Source of the DNA: Candidatus Levyibacteriota bacterium
GTDB lineage: Bacteria; Patescibacteriota; Microgenomatia; Levybacterales; UBA12049
Direction of reading: 5' to 3'
NCBI GenBank assembly: GCA_052034235.1
Contig: JBPOIT010000002.1
Coordinates: 5,939-69,938, forward strand
Length of the DNA: 64,000 nt
The notes under the pieces: generated by a model
Database searches by the model: none
The model's input: only the letters and a program-made list of their open reading frames with translations
What the model was told of the DNA's origin: nothing
Translations under genes and position numbers: made by a program
Part shown: one piece after another, positions 48,535-58,470 of the stretch
Position numbering within the stretch: position 1 is the stretch's first letter
How the letters are laid out: the number at the start of each line of letters is the position of its first letter

Positions 48535-49689
48535 TTATTTGCTGAGTGCCAGCCCTCCTTTTTGAGATTTTGCAGCTTGATCCATACTGACTACTTCATT
48601 GCAGTATGATTCGTATTGCTTGGCAATATTGTCCCAACCATATAATTTGGCAAATGGTCGTGCGTTTTTCTTGAGAGCCGCACGTTTGTTCTTATTCGTT
48701 GTCATTGTGAGAAGGGCATTAGCAAGAGATTTTGCATTTCCAGGCTGAGCCTTGATAGAAATCGTTGTTGGCACCCATGCCAAACCGTCAACATCCATAC
48801 AGACGATAGGTTTGCCCATACCTGCAAATTCGAGTGGCACGAGTGGGAAGTCTTCAAAACGTGAAGGATAAATGCCATACATACAGTTGGCGATTAATGT
48901 TTCCTTTTTTTTACCATCAACGCGTCCAATAAACTCAACAAACGATGAGACACCTTGTTCTTTGATCATCTTTTTAAGGGTTTCTTCTTCTTCCTTGGGG
49001 CCATTTCCTGCGAGGATAATTTTGACAGGGAAGTTCTTTGGAAGCATTGCGCATGCTTCTACGAGTGTGTCAAGGCTTTTTTGTCTGATATCAATTCTTC
49101 CCAAAAAGAAAGCATAAGGTTTTTCAGTTCCTTTGATAGTGAACCATTTTTCAGTCACACCGTTAGGAATAATTCTTGTATGAATTTTAGGATTTAGTCT
49201 TTCCATTTTCTTTTTATTCAAAGGAGAGTAGGCGAGGAAATATTTATACTTCTTTGCACCAAATGCTTCAACCCAATGAAAAGGCAATTTATACTTTCTG
49301 GTAAATTCTTTTGCCTCAAACATTGTCGGCATACCGATGACAGGAATTTTGGTAAAGACAGGTGAGAATAAAGTTGAAATCGGTGCGGTAAAACATTCAA
49401 TCATGACATCACATGAAAATTTACTAACAGTAAAGGGGAGTGCAGCAATGTAGACGAAGTTATTTAGTTTAATGTTAGAACTGCCAAGACCTATATGTTT
49501 ATATTCTATGCCATCTTTAGCATAGTCTTTATAACCAGGATAGCGGGAGCAAATGATTGTGACTTTGTGTCCAAGCGTTACAAGCCTCTGTGCTACTTCG
49601 AAGGTAGCACGAGCCTGTCCGCCTGAAAGCAGGTGGTTTTTGAGGTCATCGAAATCTAAGAATGCTATGTGTAATTTTTTAGTACGCAT
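48535..49689 (-). CDS. Glycosyltransferase family 4 (GT-B)
   Basis: C-terminal E-x7-E-like motif region (FEDFPLVPLEFAGMGKPIV); 384 aa. Confidence 0.7.
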   Translation of the reverse strand: MRTKKLHIAFLDFDDLKNHLLSGGQARATFEVAQRLVTLGHKVTIICSRYPGYKDYAKDGIEYKHIGLGSSNIKLNNFVYIAALPFTVSKFSCDVMIECFTAPISTLFSPVFTKIPVIGMPTMFEAKEFTRKYKLPFHWVEAFGAKKYKYFLAYSPLNKKKMERLNPKIHTRIIPNGVTEKWFTIKGTEKPYAFFLGRIDIRQKSLDTLVEACAMLPKNFPVKIILAGNGPKEEEETLKKMIKEQGVSSFVEFIGRVDGKKKETLIANCMYGIYPSRFEDFPLVPLEFAGMGKPIVCMDVDGLAWVPTTISIKAQPGNAKSLANALLTMTTNKNKRAALKKNARPFAKLYGWDNIAKQYESYCNEVVSMDQAAKSQKGGLALSK

Positions 49690-49773
49690 ATATTTAAAGA
49701 CTTATAGTATTATATCAGAGTTTTCCCCTTTTGCAAGTAGTAAATAAACCTATAGGAAAAGTACAAAAGACAC

Positions 49774-49802
49774 TTGTATTTGTTATCGCATACTAGTATA
49801 AT
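49774..49802 (+). promoter_or_regulatory. sigma70 promoter TTGTAT-17-TATAAT for the TrpR-like gene (ATG 49810, leaderless-like)
   Basis: -35 at 49774-49779, -10 at 49797-49802, ATG 8 nt downstream. Confidence 0.5.
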
Positions 49803-49809
49803 AGTATGC

Positions 49810-50094
49810 ATGAGCAGCACACCGAGAAATGAATTATTAGAATCATTGCTGGCAGTTAAAACAAAGCAGGAAATGGAAGCATTTCTTTCAGGCATTTTGA
49901 CGCCGCAAGAACTTGCTGATTTGCCAAAAAGGCTTGAAATTTTTAAGATGTTAAAAGTAGGAATTCCCCAGCATGAAATTGCGAAGAAACTAGGAGTCGG
50001 AGTGGCGACAGTAACTCGAGGCTCACTTGAACTCCAGCGGGGAAATATACAAAAAACAGGATGGTGGCGCAGTTTATCAACCTTGAGAGGCTGA
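49810..50094 (+). CDS. TrpR-like protein, YerC/YecD family
   Basis: Small helical protein with ...LTPQELADLPKRLEIFKMLKVGIPQHEIAKKLGVGVATVTRGS... HTH, typical of the YerC/YecD TrpR-like family; directly upstream of trpE. Confidence 0.55.
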   Translation: MSSTPRNELLESLLAVKTKQEMEAFLSGILTPQELADLPKRLEIFKMLKVGIPQHEIAKKLGVGVATVTRGSLELQRGNIQKTGWWRSLSTLRG

Positions 50095-50124
50095 TCTTTG
50101 CGTTTTTTTGGGAAACTCTTGGAT

Positions 50125-50153
50125 GAACCTCTCAGGTGAGAGGTTCTTTCTTT
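50125..50153 (+). terminator. Terminator/attenuator-like hairpin GAACCTCTC-AGGT-GAGAGGTTC + TTTCTTTGTT immediately before the trpE ATG
   Basis: Perfect 9-bp stem at 50125-50133 and 50138-50146, with a U-rich tail ending 4 nt before the ATG at 50157. Confidence 0.55.
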
Positions 50154-50156
50154 GTT

Positions 50157-51506
50157 ATGAAACAATTACAAAAAATTTGTATTACACAAAAACCAACATA
50201 CCGTAAATTGGCAGAAGATGTCGATTTCTTTGAACTGTTTGCAAAAGTAGAACGGGAGTTTGATACCTGTTTTCTGCTTGAATCATTAGGAGAAGAAGGG
50301 AAGTTTTCAAGATATTCAACAATTGGGTTTGCCCCTGAACATCTTATTTCAGCACAAAAAGAAACGTTATTTGTGGATGATGAAACGTTTGAAACAACAA
50401 ATCCATATAAAGCACTAAGAGAGATGATGCCTGAAGAAACGATTGCTCGTGAATACGCGGGAGGACTTGTCGGGTATGTAAGTTATGATGCTATTAACTA
50501 TTTTGAACCGACAATTAAAGCAAAAGTGCATGACGATTTTGATCAGTTTATGTTTGGCGCGTATACGGATGGCGTAGTTTTTGACAAATTAACCAATGAG
50601 TTATTTTATTTTTACTACACGGAGGATCGAAGCCAAATTTTAAAACAAATCATGAAAAAATCACTTCCTACTCAATCTGTGCAGGTTACATTTGCAAATG
50701 ACAGTCTTACGAAAGGGGAACATAAACAGATTGTTGAACAGGTTAAAGAACAAATTCGTGCAGGAAATATCTTTCAATGCGAGGTTGGATTTAAATCGAA
50801 GTACAAAGTAAAAGGAGACTTGTTGCAAATCTATAAAAAGCTGAGAAAAGAGAACCCCTCTCCGTTTATGTATTATCTGAAATTTGGCAAAAAGAAAATC
50901 ATTGGTGCGAGTCCTGAACTGCTCTTTTCGCTTCGAGATGGTGAAATGACCACCAAACCGCTTGCCGGAACAATTAAACGCGGCAAATCTGAGCAGGAAG
51001 ACCAACAGCTTGCAAGAATGTTGCTTAACGATCCTAAAGAAATTGCTGAGCACAGAATGCTTGTTGATTTACACCGCAATGATATCGGCAAAGTTGCGCA
51101 GTTTGGTACGGTGAAAGTGCGTGAACTGATGTCTGTTAAAAAGTTCAGTTATGTGCAGCATATTTCAAGCGAGATTGTCGGACTCATGAGTCAGAAAGAG
51201 GATATGTTCTCAGCGTTTGCTTCCAATTTTCCAGCAGGAACACTAACAGGTGCTCCCAAGATTGAAGCGATGAAAATTATTGATGCGAACGAAAAAGAGG
51301 CGCGCGGACCATATGGCGGGGCAGTCGGGCATTTCGGTTTTAATGGAGATTGTACTTTTGCCATAGCTATCAGATCACTTTTTGCCTCAGGTGAAAAGGC
51401 TTACACCCAAACATGCGGAGGGATTGTGTTTGATTCTGATCCTGACAAAGAGTATCAGGAGATTATCAATAAAAAGAAAGCGATGAAAGGAGTTTTGGAA
51501 GCATGA
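50157..51506 (+). CDS. trpE: Anthranilate synthase component I
   Basis: Chorismate-binding domain; GAVGHFGFNGDCTFAIAIRS and GGIVFDSDPDKEYQE C-terminal signature. The track start 50136 is a GTG inside the hairpin. Confidence 0.9.
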   Translation: MKQLQKICITQKPTYRKLAEDVDFFELFAKVEREFDTCFLLESLGEEGKFSRYSTIGFAPEHLISAQKETLFVDDETFETTNPYKALREMMPEETIAREYAGGLVGYVSYDAINYFEPTIKAKVHDDFDQFMFGAYTDGVVFDKLTNELFYFYYTEDRSQILKQIMKKSLPTQSVQVTFANDSLTKGEHKQIVEQVKEQIRAGNIFQCEVGFKSKYKVKGDLLQIYKKLRKENPSPFMYYLKFGKKKIIGASPELLFSLRDGEMTTKPLAGTIKRGKSEQEDQQLARMLLNDPKEIAEHRMLVDLHRNDIGKVAQFGTVKVRELMSVKKFSYVQHISSEIVGLMSQKEDMFSAFASNFPAGTLTGAPKIEAMKIIDANEKEARGPYGGAVGHFGFNGDCTFAIAIRSLFASGEKAYTQTCGGIVFDSDPDKEYQEIINKKKAMKGVLEA

Positions 51507-52108
51507 AGGTCTTACTTATCGATAATTATGATTCATTTACCTTTAATCTCTACCAGGTCGTAGGTGAAATTCTGATGAAAACACAAAGTAAGTTTACAAT
51601 CGATGTGTTTCGAAATGATGAGATGACACTTTCAGAAATAGCTCAGAATAAATATGACAGAATTATTATTTCTCCAGGCCCGGGAGATCCAGCTGATAAG
51701 CACTATTTTGGTGTTTGCGCAGAGGTCATTACGCAGCTTGGTAAAAGGACTCCTGTCTTTGGGGTGTGCCTCGGGATGCAGGGAATTGCGCATTACTTCG
51801 GTGGAAAAGTGGTTCGGGCTAACGTTCCTATGCACGGTAAGACAAGTGAAATAATGCATGACGAAAAAGGGGTTTTTGCTGGATTGCCGCAAGGTCTTGA
51901 AGTGATGCGTTACCATTCACTCATTGCTGATAAAAAATCACTGCCAAAAGAACTCGTTATAACTGCAACCGCAGGTGAAAACGGTGACATTATGGGAATT
52001 AGGCATAGACATTTCCCAATCGAAGGCATACAATTCCATCCGGAATCATTTGCAACAGAAGCGGGAAAACGAATGCTTGAAAACTTTATACAGCAAACTT
52101 ATGAATAA
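51503..52108 (+). CDS. trpG: Anthranilate synthase component II (class I glutamine amidotransferase)
   Basis: VLLIDNYDSFTFNL, catalytic GVCLGMQ, HPE triad; ATGA overlap with trpE. Confidence 0.85.
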   Translation: MKVLLIDNYDSFTFNLYQVVGEILMKTQSKFTIDVFRNDEMTLSEIAQNKYDRIIISPGPGDPADKHYFGVCAEVITQLGKRTPVFGVCLGMQGIAHYFGGKVVRANVPMHGKTSEIMHDEKGVFAGLPQGLEVMRYHSLIADKKSLPKELVITATAGENGDIMGIRHRHFPIEGIQFHPESFATEAGKRMLENFIQQTYE

Positions 52109-53114
52109 GATATTAAACAAACTACTTGAAAAGCAAGATTTGTCAGCTCGTGAGATACGTCTCTTTCTTGACGGTATGGTAACGGGGGAAGTCCCGCCAG
52201 CACAGATCGCTGCATTTCTGGCGGGATTGCGGACAAAAGGGGAAACTGTTGAGGAACTTGTGGCACTGATTGAAGGTATGCGAACGTATATGGTTGTCGT
52301 GCCTGGTGGCGAAACGGCAATTGATACATGTGGCACTGGAGGAGATGGTTCTGGAACATTTAATATCTCAACGACAGTTGCTTTTGTTGTTGCTGGTGCA
52401 GGCGTTACGGTTATGAAACACGGCAACAGAGCAGCCAGTAGTAAATGCGGCAGTGCAGACGTTTTGGAAGCACTTGGAGTACATATCAATATAACTTCGA
52501 TGCAAGCTAAAAAAGTGGCTGAAAAAACGGGAATGGTATTTCTCTTTGCACCCATGTATCATCCAGCGATGAAAAATATAGCACCTGTTCGAAAAGAACT
52601 TGGAGTGAGAACAGTTTTTAATTATCTCGGACCGTTTCTCAATCCCGCAGGGGTAAAACGACAATTGATTGGTGTGCCTTCACCTGTTCTTGCCAAAAAA
52701 CTTGCAACGGTTGCGGTAAAACTTGGATATGAACATCTGTTGATTGTTTCAAATAAAGACGGACTTGATGAGCTTGGCCTCTCTTCAGGATCACACATCT
52801 ATGAAGTGAAAGGGAGAACTGTCAAGTCAAAAATGTTTGATCCTTTGAAATTAGGTTTTAAGACTGCGTCAGTAAAAGCACTGAGTGGAGGAACTGCAGC
52901 GCAAAACGCACAACTTATAAAAGAAGTTCTGAGTGGTAAAGAAGGTCCTCGTCGTGATATTGTGGTAATAAATGCAGCACATGCGCTGTATGTTTCAGGT
53001 AAAGTAAAAACGGTCAAAGAAGGCATAAAACTTGCAGAAATCTCTCTTGATTCAGGATCAGCAAAAGAAGTTTTAGAAAATGTTATAAAGGAGACAAACA
53101 TATATGCACAATAA
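52101..53114 (+). CDS. trpD: Anthranilate phosphoribosyltransferase
   Basis: GTGGDGSGTFNIST glycine-rich motif; start taken at the internal ATG 52101 (overlaps the trpG stop) rather than the track start 51975. Confidence 0.85.
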   Translation: MNKILNKLLEKQDLSAREIRLFLDGMVTGEVPPAQIAAFLAGLRTKGETVEELVALIEGMRTYMVVVPGGETAIDTCGTGGDGSGTFNISTTVAFVVAGAGVTVMKHGNRAASSKCGSADVLEALGVHINITSMQAKKVAEKTGMVFLFAPMYHPAMKNIAPVRKELGVRTVFNYLGPFLNPAGVKRQLIGVPSPVLAKKLATVAVKLGYEHLLIVSNKDGLDELGLSSGSHIYEVKGRTVKSKMFDPLKLGFKTASVKALSGGTAAQNAQLIKEVLSGKEGPRRDIVVINAAHALYVSGKVKTVKEGIKLAEISLDSGSAKEVLENVIKETNIYAQ

Positions 53115-53838
53115 ACTCAAACAAATTATTGATCAAACAAAACGAGATGTCGCTTCCCGAAAAACAAAAAACACGGTTGTCAGTTTGTTTCGAAACTATG
53201 ACGGTGTGGCGATTATCGCTGAGATAAAACTTGCGTCTCCTACAAATCCTCATTTGGGTTCAGTAAATGATGTAACGCCAAACGCTCGTGACTACCAAAA
53301 GGGTGGAGCAGCGATGATTTCTCTCGTTACAGAGAAACATTTCTTTAAAGGTGATCCGAATTTTATTCGTCAAATTAAAAAAGCTGGAGTCAGCTTGCCT
53401 ATTTTGCAAAAAGATTTTGTCATTGATGCATTGCAGCTTGTTGAGTCAAAAGAAGCCGGTGCCGATGCAGTTTTACTGATTGCTAAAATGTTGAGAAGAA
53501 AGCAGCTTAAGCAGTTTGTTTCACTCGCCAAAGCGCTTGGTGTTGAACCTATTGTTGAAATAAACGATGAAGAAGATCTGGACAATGCAATTGCTGCAAA
53601 TCCTTCTCTTATCGCCGTGAATGCGAGAGATTTGGAAACCTTTACTGTTGATATTGATCGTGCAAGCAGTCTCATGGAAAGAATCCCAGATGAATTTGTG
53701 AAGCTTGGCTTTTCAGGAATACAAACTCGTAGTGACGTTGAAAAGTACAAAAAAGCTGGTGCAAAAGGGGTTTTGGTTGGGACGAGCCTGATGCAAGCTC
53801 CTGATAAAATACAACTTTTGGAGGAATTACATGTATGA
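53104..53838 (+). CDS. trpC: Indole-3-glycerol phosphate synthase
   Basis: IIAEIKLASP motif; TIM-barrel length. Confidence 0.8.
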   Translation: MHNKLKQIIDQTKRDVASRKTKNTVVSLFRNYDGVAIIAEIKLASPTNPHLGSVNDVTPNARDYQKGGAAMISLVTEKHFFKGDPNFIRQIKKAGVSLPILQKDFVIDALQLVESKEAGADAVLLIAKMLRRKQLKQFVSLAKALGVEPIVEINDEEDLDNAIAANPSLIAVNARDLETFTVDIDRASSLMERIPDEFVKLGFSGIQTRSDVEKYKKAGAKGVLVGTSLMQAPDKIQLLEELHV

Positions 53839-54452
53839 CCGTAGCAGTCAAAATCTGCGGGATTAGGTCAGTTGAAAGCGCATTGGCTGCAATAGATGCA
53901 GGTGCTGACTTCATTGGGCTTAATTTTGTTCCAACCTCAAAGCGAAAGATCAATGAAGGTACAGCACGAGAGATTGTTGAGGCAGTTGAAGGGCAAGCAA
54001 TGACGGTTGGTGTTTTTCAAAATGCTGACAGTGTGTATGTAAATACACTCGCAAGAAGTTTGGATTTAGATTATGTGCAATTGCATGGAACTGAGGATGC
54101 CGCGTATTGCAGCCAAATGCAAACTAAAGTCATAAAAGCACTTTCGCTAAAGCAAAATGTTGATGTCCATGCATTACTGCGTGAGATGAAAGAGCTAGAT
54201 GTGTCATTGTTTTTGCTAGATCGAGCAGTGCAGGGAAGCGGTTCTGCCATACCTGTTCAAGTTGCGGAGCGCCTGGCGCAGGAATTTGAAGTCTTTCTTG
54301 CTGGAGGATTACTTCCAGATACTGTTGCTGGCGTGGTAAAAAAAATTAGACCATATGCGGTTGATGTTGCGGGAGGAATTGAAACTGATGGGGAGGAAGA
54401 TATTATCAAGATAAAACAATTTATCATGAATGCAAAAGGAGTAATTTTATGA
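53835..54452 (+). CDS. trpF: Phosphoribosylanthranilate isomerase
   Basis: VKICGI N-terminus; 205 aa; ATGA overlap with trpC. Confidence 0.75.
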   Translation: MTVAVKICGIRSVESALAAIDAGADFIGLNFVPTSKRKINEGTAREIVEAVEGQAMTVGVFQNADSVYVNTLARSLDLDYVQLHGTEDAAYCSQMQTKVIKALSLKQNVDVHALLREMKELDVSLFLLDRAVQGSGSAIPVQVAERLAQEFEVFLAGGLLPDTVAGVVKKIRPYAVDVAGGIETDGEEDIIKIKQFIMNAKGVIL

Positions 54453-55666
54453 AAAGTCATTTTGGAAAATATGGAGGACGTTATGTCCCTGAAATGTTGA
54501 TGCCGGCACTGGAGGCACTTGAAGTTGTCTATGAAGTTGCAAAGTCAGATCCGATGTTTCAAGCAGAATTCCAGGATTTGCTGAGCAATTTTTCAGGCAG
54601 ACCAACACCTCTTATCTATGCCAAGAATCTTACTGAAAAACTTGGTGGGGCAAAGATCTACCTGAAGAACGAAGGACTCAATCATACAGGAGCACATAAA
54701 ATTACGCATTGTTTAGGCCAAGCGCTCATTGCCAAACGGCTTGGCAAAACACGGTTAATCGCTGAAACAGGCGCAGGCCAGCACGGAGTTGCGACCGCTA
54801 CTGTTGCTGCCAAACTAGGATTTTCCTGTACTGTTTACATGGGAGCAGTTGATGTTGCCCGTCAGCGTCCAAACGTTTTTTTGATGGAACAGTTGGGTGC
54901 GACTGTTGTGCCTGTGGAATTTGGTAGTAAAACCCTCAAAGATGCAGTCAACGCAGCGATTAAGGACTGGATTGAAAATGTTGAAGATACACACTATTTG
55001 CTTGGGTCAGTTGTCGGACCTCATCCTTTCCCCACGATGAATAGGGATTTTCAGTCAGTTGTCGGACGGGAAATAAAAAAGCAGGTAAAAGCTCGCACAA
55101 AACAACTTCCTGATTATGTTATTGCATGTGTGGGCGGGGGAAGTAATGCGATGGGTGCGTTTTATGATTTTCTTAGAAACAAAGACGTGAAACTTGTTGG
55201 AGTTGAAGCCGGAGGTACGGGTAAGAAGATAGGTGAACACGCAGTACGTTTCCCAGCAGGCAAAGTAGGAGTTGTCGAAGGGTATAAATCATACTTTCTG
55301 CAGGATAGCGATGGACAACTGCAAAAAACACATAGTATCTCAGCAGGTCTCGATTATCCAGGCATCGGTCCTGAACTGAGTTTTCTTCATGACACAGAGA
55401 GAGTGACGTTTGTAAATTCCACAGATCATGAAGCGCTTGATGCAGTTCAAACGCTCGCAAAAACAGAAGGCATTATCCCAGCGCTTGAATCAGCTCATGC
55501 AGTTGCGTACGCGATGAAACTTGCCCCAACTCTTCCCAAAACAAAAACAATTGTTGTTAACCTTTCAGGAAGAGGAGATAAAGATATTTTCATTCTGACT
55601 AAAGCGTTTAAAGATAGAAAGTTTTATGAGTTTATGAAAGACCAAGTGGAGGAGGGATATGAATAA
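54449..55666 (+). CDS. trpB: Tryptophan synthase beta chain
   Basis: PLP-binding [22 protein letters not shown] and GGGSNAMG motifs. Confidence 0.92.
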   Translation: MKSHFGKYGGRYVPEMLMPALEALEVVYEVAKSDPMFQAEFQDLLSNFSGRPTPLIYAKNLTEKLGGAKIYLKNEGLNHTGAHKITHCLGQALIAKRLGKTRLIAETGAGQHGVATATVAAKLGFSCTVYMGAVDVARQRPNVFLMEQLGATVVPVEFGSKTLKDAVNAAIKDWIENVEDTHYLLGSVVGPHPFPTMNRDFQSVVGREIKKQVKARTKQLPDYVIACVGGGSNAMGAFYDFLRNKDVKLVGVEAGGTGKKIGEHAVRFPAGKVGVVEGYKSYFLQDSDGQLQKTHSISAGLDYPGIGPELSFLHDTERVTFVNSTDHEALDAVQTLAKTEGIIPALESAHAVAYAMKLAPTLPKTKTIVVNLSGRGDKDIFILTKAFKDRKFYEFMKDQVEEGYE

Positions 55667-56447
55667 ATTTGAAGCTAAACTGGCGGAATTAAAACAAAAA
55701 AAGAAATTGGGTTTAATGACCCACGTTGTTGTGGGATTTCCCTCAATTGAGGAAACAGTTTCAATTGTCAAAACCATGGCTGAAAACGGTGCTGATTTTA
55801 TCGAACTGCAGATTCCGTTTTCTGATCCACTTGCCGATGGCCCGACAATTATGAAGGCATGCGAAGCGTCACTCGCAAATGGTACCAAAGTAAAAGATGC
55901 GTTCAAGGTGATGAAACAATTATCGTTTCAGTCTGAGACACCGCTTCTTTTTATGGCGTATTACAACACTATTTTTAGATATGGGGTTGAAAAGTTTTGT
56001 TTTGATGCGCAAATGGCAGGTGCTGCAGGTCTTATTGTGCCTGACATGCCGCTTGATGAGGAAGCGCATGAACATTTCTATGAATACTGCGAAAAGTACA
56101 ACTTATATCATATTCAGGTTATTTCACCAGCTTCAACAGATAATCGGTTGCAAAGAAATGCTCAAGCTGCAAGCGGTTTTGTTTATGTGACTTCACGGCA
56201 GGGAACAACAGGTGCAAAAGACACACTTGATCCAGCACTTGTCACGTATCTTCAAAAACTAAGAACGTATATAAAATTACCACTTGCCGTTGGATTTGGT
56301 ATTTCAAAACGTGAACATATAGACATGCTGCGGGGACATGCTGATATTGCCGTTGTCGGGAGTGCGATTATAGATATTATTAAATCAACTGCAAAAGGGA
56401 AGCGCGAGGAAGCAGTTAAAACATATATTTCCCAGTTAGTACGTTGA
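55659..56447 (+). CDS. trpA: Tryptophan synthase alpha chain
   Basis: TIM barrel with GFGIS and LGSAII-like motifs; 8-nt overlap with trpB. Confidence 0.85.
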   Translation: MNKFEAKLAELKQKKKLGLMTHVVVGFPSIEETVSIVKTMAENGADFIELQIPFSDPLADGPTIMKACEASLANGTKVKDAFKVMKQLSFQSETPLLFMAYYNTIFRYGVEKFCFDAQMAGAAGLIVPDMPLDEEAHEHFYEYCEKYNLYHIQVISPASTDNRLQRNAQAASGFVYVTSRQGTTGAKDTLDPALVTYLQKLRTYIKLPLAVGFGISKREHIDMLRGHADIAVVGSAIIDIIKSTAKGKREEAVKTYISQLVR

Positions 56448-56478
56448 ATAAGTTGAGCTTAGGAAGTACAATACAGAT

Positions 56479-57459
56479 ATGAAAAAAAGAGTTTTATCAG
56501 GAATACGCGCAACAGGAAGACTCCATGTGGGGAACTATTTAGGTGCCATAAAAGGTATGCTTGCACTGCAAGATGATCCCGATTATGAAACCTTTTATAT
56601 GGTTGCGGATTTGCATACATTGACGACACCCTATGATATTGAAGAATTGCGGGTTAATAGGCGTGAAATTATTCTAGATTATCTTGCAGCAGGGCTTGAT
56701 CCTGAAAAGAGTGTGCTCTTTCAGCAATCAGCAAATCATGTGCACGCCGAGCTCGCATTTTATTTCTCAAGCGTTATGACAATTGCCAGAATGCAGCATT
56801 TGCCCACATTTAAAGACAAAGTGAAGCAATATCCCGAGCACGCGACAATGGCTCTTCTCAATTACCCAATCCTTATGGCCTCAGATATTTTAGTTTATAA
56901 AGCAAACAGTGTTCCCGTAGGCATTGATCAGGAGCCGCATCTGGAAATATCACGTGAAATTGCACGAAAAATGAATCAGGAATATGCAACCGATTTTCCT
57001 GAGCCTGTACGTTTTAAAACAAAGGGTGAATATGTCCCATCACTTCTGGGTGAAGGCAAGATGAGTAAATCTGTTGAAGGCAGTTATATCAATCTCACTG
57101 ATGATTTGGAAACAATTCAGGGAAAACTGGCCAAAGCTCCAACTGACTCAGGAAAGGGGACGGAACCTTTTGGCGGAGTAAAGGCATTACTGGAATTTGT
57201 AGAACTTTTTCAAGGCCTAGAGCGTAAAAAAGAGTATGAGCGTTTGTACACTGAAGGAGAGGGAATCAGATATTCAGATCTCAAAAAAGAGCTTGCCAAA
57301 TCAATCTATTCAGAGTTGCAACCTTTCCAGGAAAAACGTCGGCATTTTGAAAATAATCCGCATATTGTTGATGCCATTATCGAAGAAGGGAATAAAAAGG
57401 CAACAGCCATTGCTGAGGAAACAATGACTGAAGTCAAACAAAAAATGGGCCTTTTGTAA
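56479..57459 (+). CDS. trpS: Tryptophanyl-tRNA synthetase
   Basis: HVGNYLG (HIGH-type) and KMSKS motifs; 326 aa. Confidence 0.9.
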   Translation: MKKRVLSGIRATGRLHVGNYLGAIKGMLALQDDPDYETFYMVADLHTLTTPYDIEELRVNRREIILDYLAAGLDPEKSVLFQQSANHVHAELAFYFSSVMTIARMQHLPTFKDKVKQYPEHATMALLNYPILMASDILVYKANSVPVGIDQEPHLEISREIARKMNQEYATDFPEPVRFKTKGEYVPSLLGEGKMSKSVEGSYINLTDDLETIQGKLAKAPTDSGKGTEPFGGVKALLEFVELFQGLERKKEYERLYTEGEGIRYSDLKKELAKSIYSELQPFQEKRRHFENNPHIVDAIIEEGNKKATAIAEETMTEVKQKMGLL

Positions 57460-57465
57460 AACTTC

Positions 57466-58401
57466 ATGAAACTTCATAACCGCAGCGGAAAAGATAAAGG
57501 CCTCATCGCGATTATTCTGTTAACCATGTTTTATGGCTTATTGCCGCTTTTTCCAAGGTATTTAAACGAATCATTTGAACTCTTTCAGCAAATTTATCTT
57601 CGCATGTTTGTCGGTTTTATCATCCTTGCGCTTTTGTTTCATAAACAGATTAATTTCAATAAACTTCTGAGGCTGCCTTTTAAAGAATTCCGCTGGATTT
57701 TCTTCAGAGCATTTTCGTATTACGTATTGGGAGTAGGGCTGTATACTGTTGCGATTTTGATGACAAAAGTGAGTAACGTCGTTTTTATAGGATCAATCCC
57801 CATGACAGCTATTCTTGGGTTTTTCTGGTTAGGCGAGAAGGTGACTTGGCAGAAAGTAGCATTGATTGTTGTTTCGGCTATGGGCGTTTTTATTATTGCA
57901 GTGAAAGATTTTAGCGGTATTCCTGAGTTTGGTTTAGGAGAATTGTTTGCCCTGGTTTCATCAATTTTTATTTCAATTGGCCTCGTCATGAGACGGAAAC
58001 AATCGTCTCATCTCACGGATTACGAAACAGCAACGCTTATGCTTCTGTTTGCAGGCGTGCAATTATTTGTTATCTCGCTCATTGCAGGTGAACCATTGCC
58101 TGTAACAGGCTGGAATCTTGGAATTATTGGTGTTTTGATTGCAAGTGGACTAACTGTTGCTGCGTTGAGTTTTCTCATGAATTACGGTTTTGCGAGAGTT
58201 CAAGCAGTTCTTGCAGGCAATATCATCACCATGTCAAACTTTTTTTCAACACTCACTGCATTTATTGCATTTGGCGAAGTGCCAATTCTACGCGAATTGT
58301 TTGGAGGAATATTAATCGTTATGAGCGTTATCTGGATGCATAGGTTAGAGGGAGCAAAAGAAGTAAAGCAGCATAATCAGGATGTCCCTCCGAGAGAATA
58401 A
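57466..58401 (+). CDS. DMT-superfamily (EamA-like) transporter
   Basis: 10 TM in two 5-TM repeats. Confidence 0.7.
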   Translation: MKLHNRSGKDKGLIAIILLTMFYGLLPLFPRYLNESFELFQQIYLRMFVGFIILALLFHKQINFNKLLRLPFKEFRWIFFRAFSYYVLGVGLYTVAILMTKVSNVVFIGSIPMTAILGFFWLGEKVTWQKVALIVVSAMGVFIIAVKDFSGIPEFGLGELFALVSSIFISIGLVMRRKQSSHLTDYETATLMLLFAGVQLFVISLIAGEPLPVTGWNLGIIGVLIASGLTVAALSFLMNYGFARVQAVLAGNIITMSNFFSTLTAFIAFGEVPILRELFGGILIVMSVIWMHRLEGAKEVKQHNQDVPPRE

Positions 58402-58434
58402 TGCTATCGATTCATATTGATGTACTGTGTTATC

Positions 58435-58463
58435 TTGTCAAAATAAAACTACCTGTTTATACT
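58435..58463 (+). promoter_or_regulatory. sigma70 promoter TTGTCA-17-TATACT for gap (ATG 58471, leaderless-like)
   Basis: -35 at 58435-58440, -10 at 58458-58463, ATG 7 nt downstream. Confidence 0.5.
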
Positions 58464-58470
58464 AATAACT

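Noticed and set aside
50136-50156. Track start (GTG at 50136) for trpE
   Set aside because: It lies inside the terminator-like hairpin; the ATG at 50157 (MKQLQK...) gives a conventional TrpE N-terminus.
51975-52100. Upstream extension of trpD (track start 51975) overlapping 130 nt of trpG
   Set aside because: The internal ATG at 52101 produces the ATGA coupling pattern seen at the other trp junctions and a typical TrpD N-terminus (MNKILNKLLEKQDLSAREI).
52046-53101. Minus-strand ORFs (169, 86, 98, 100 aa) within trpD
   Set aside because: Antisense to a conserved enzyme gene; Ala/Thr/Pro-rich antisense composition.
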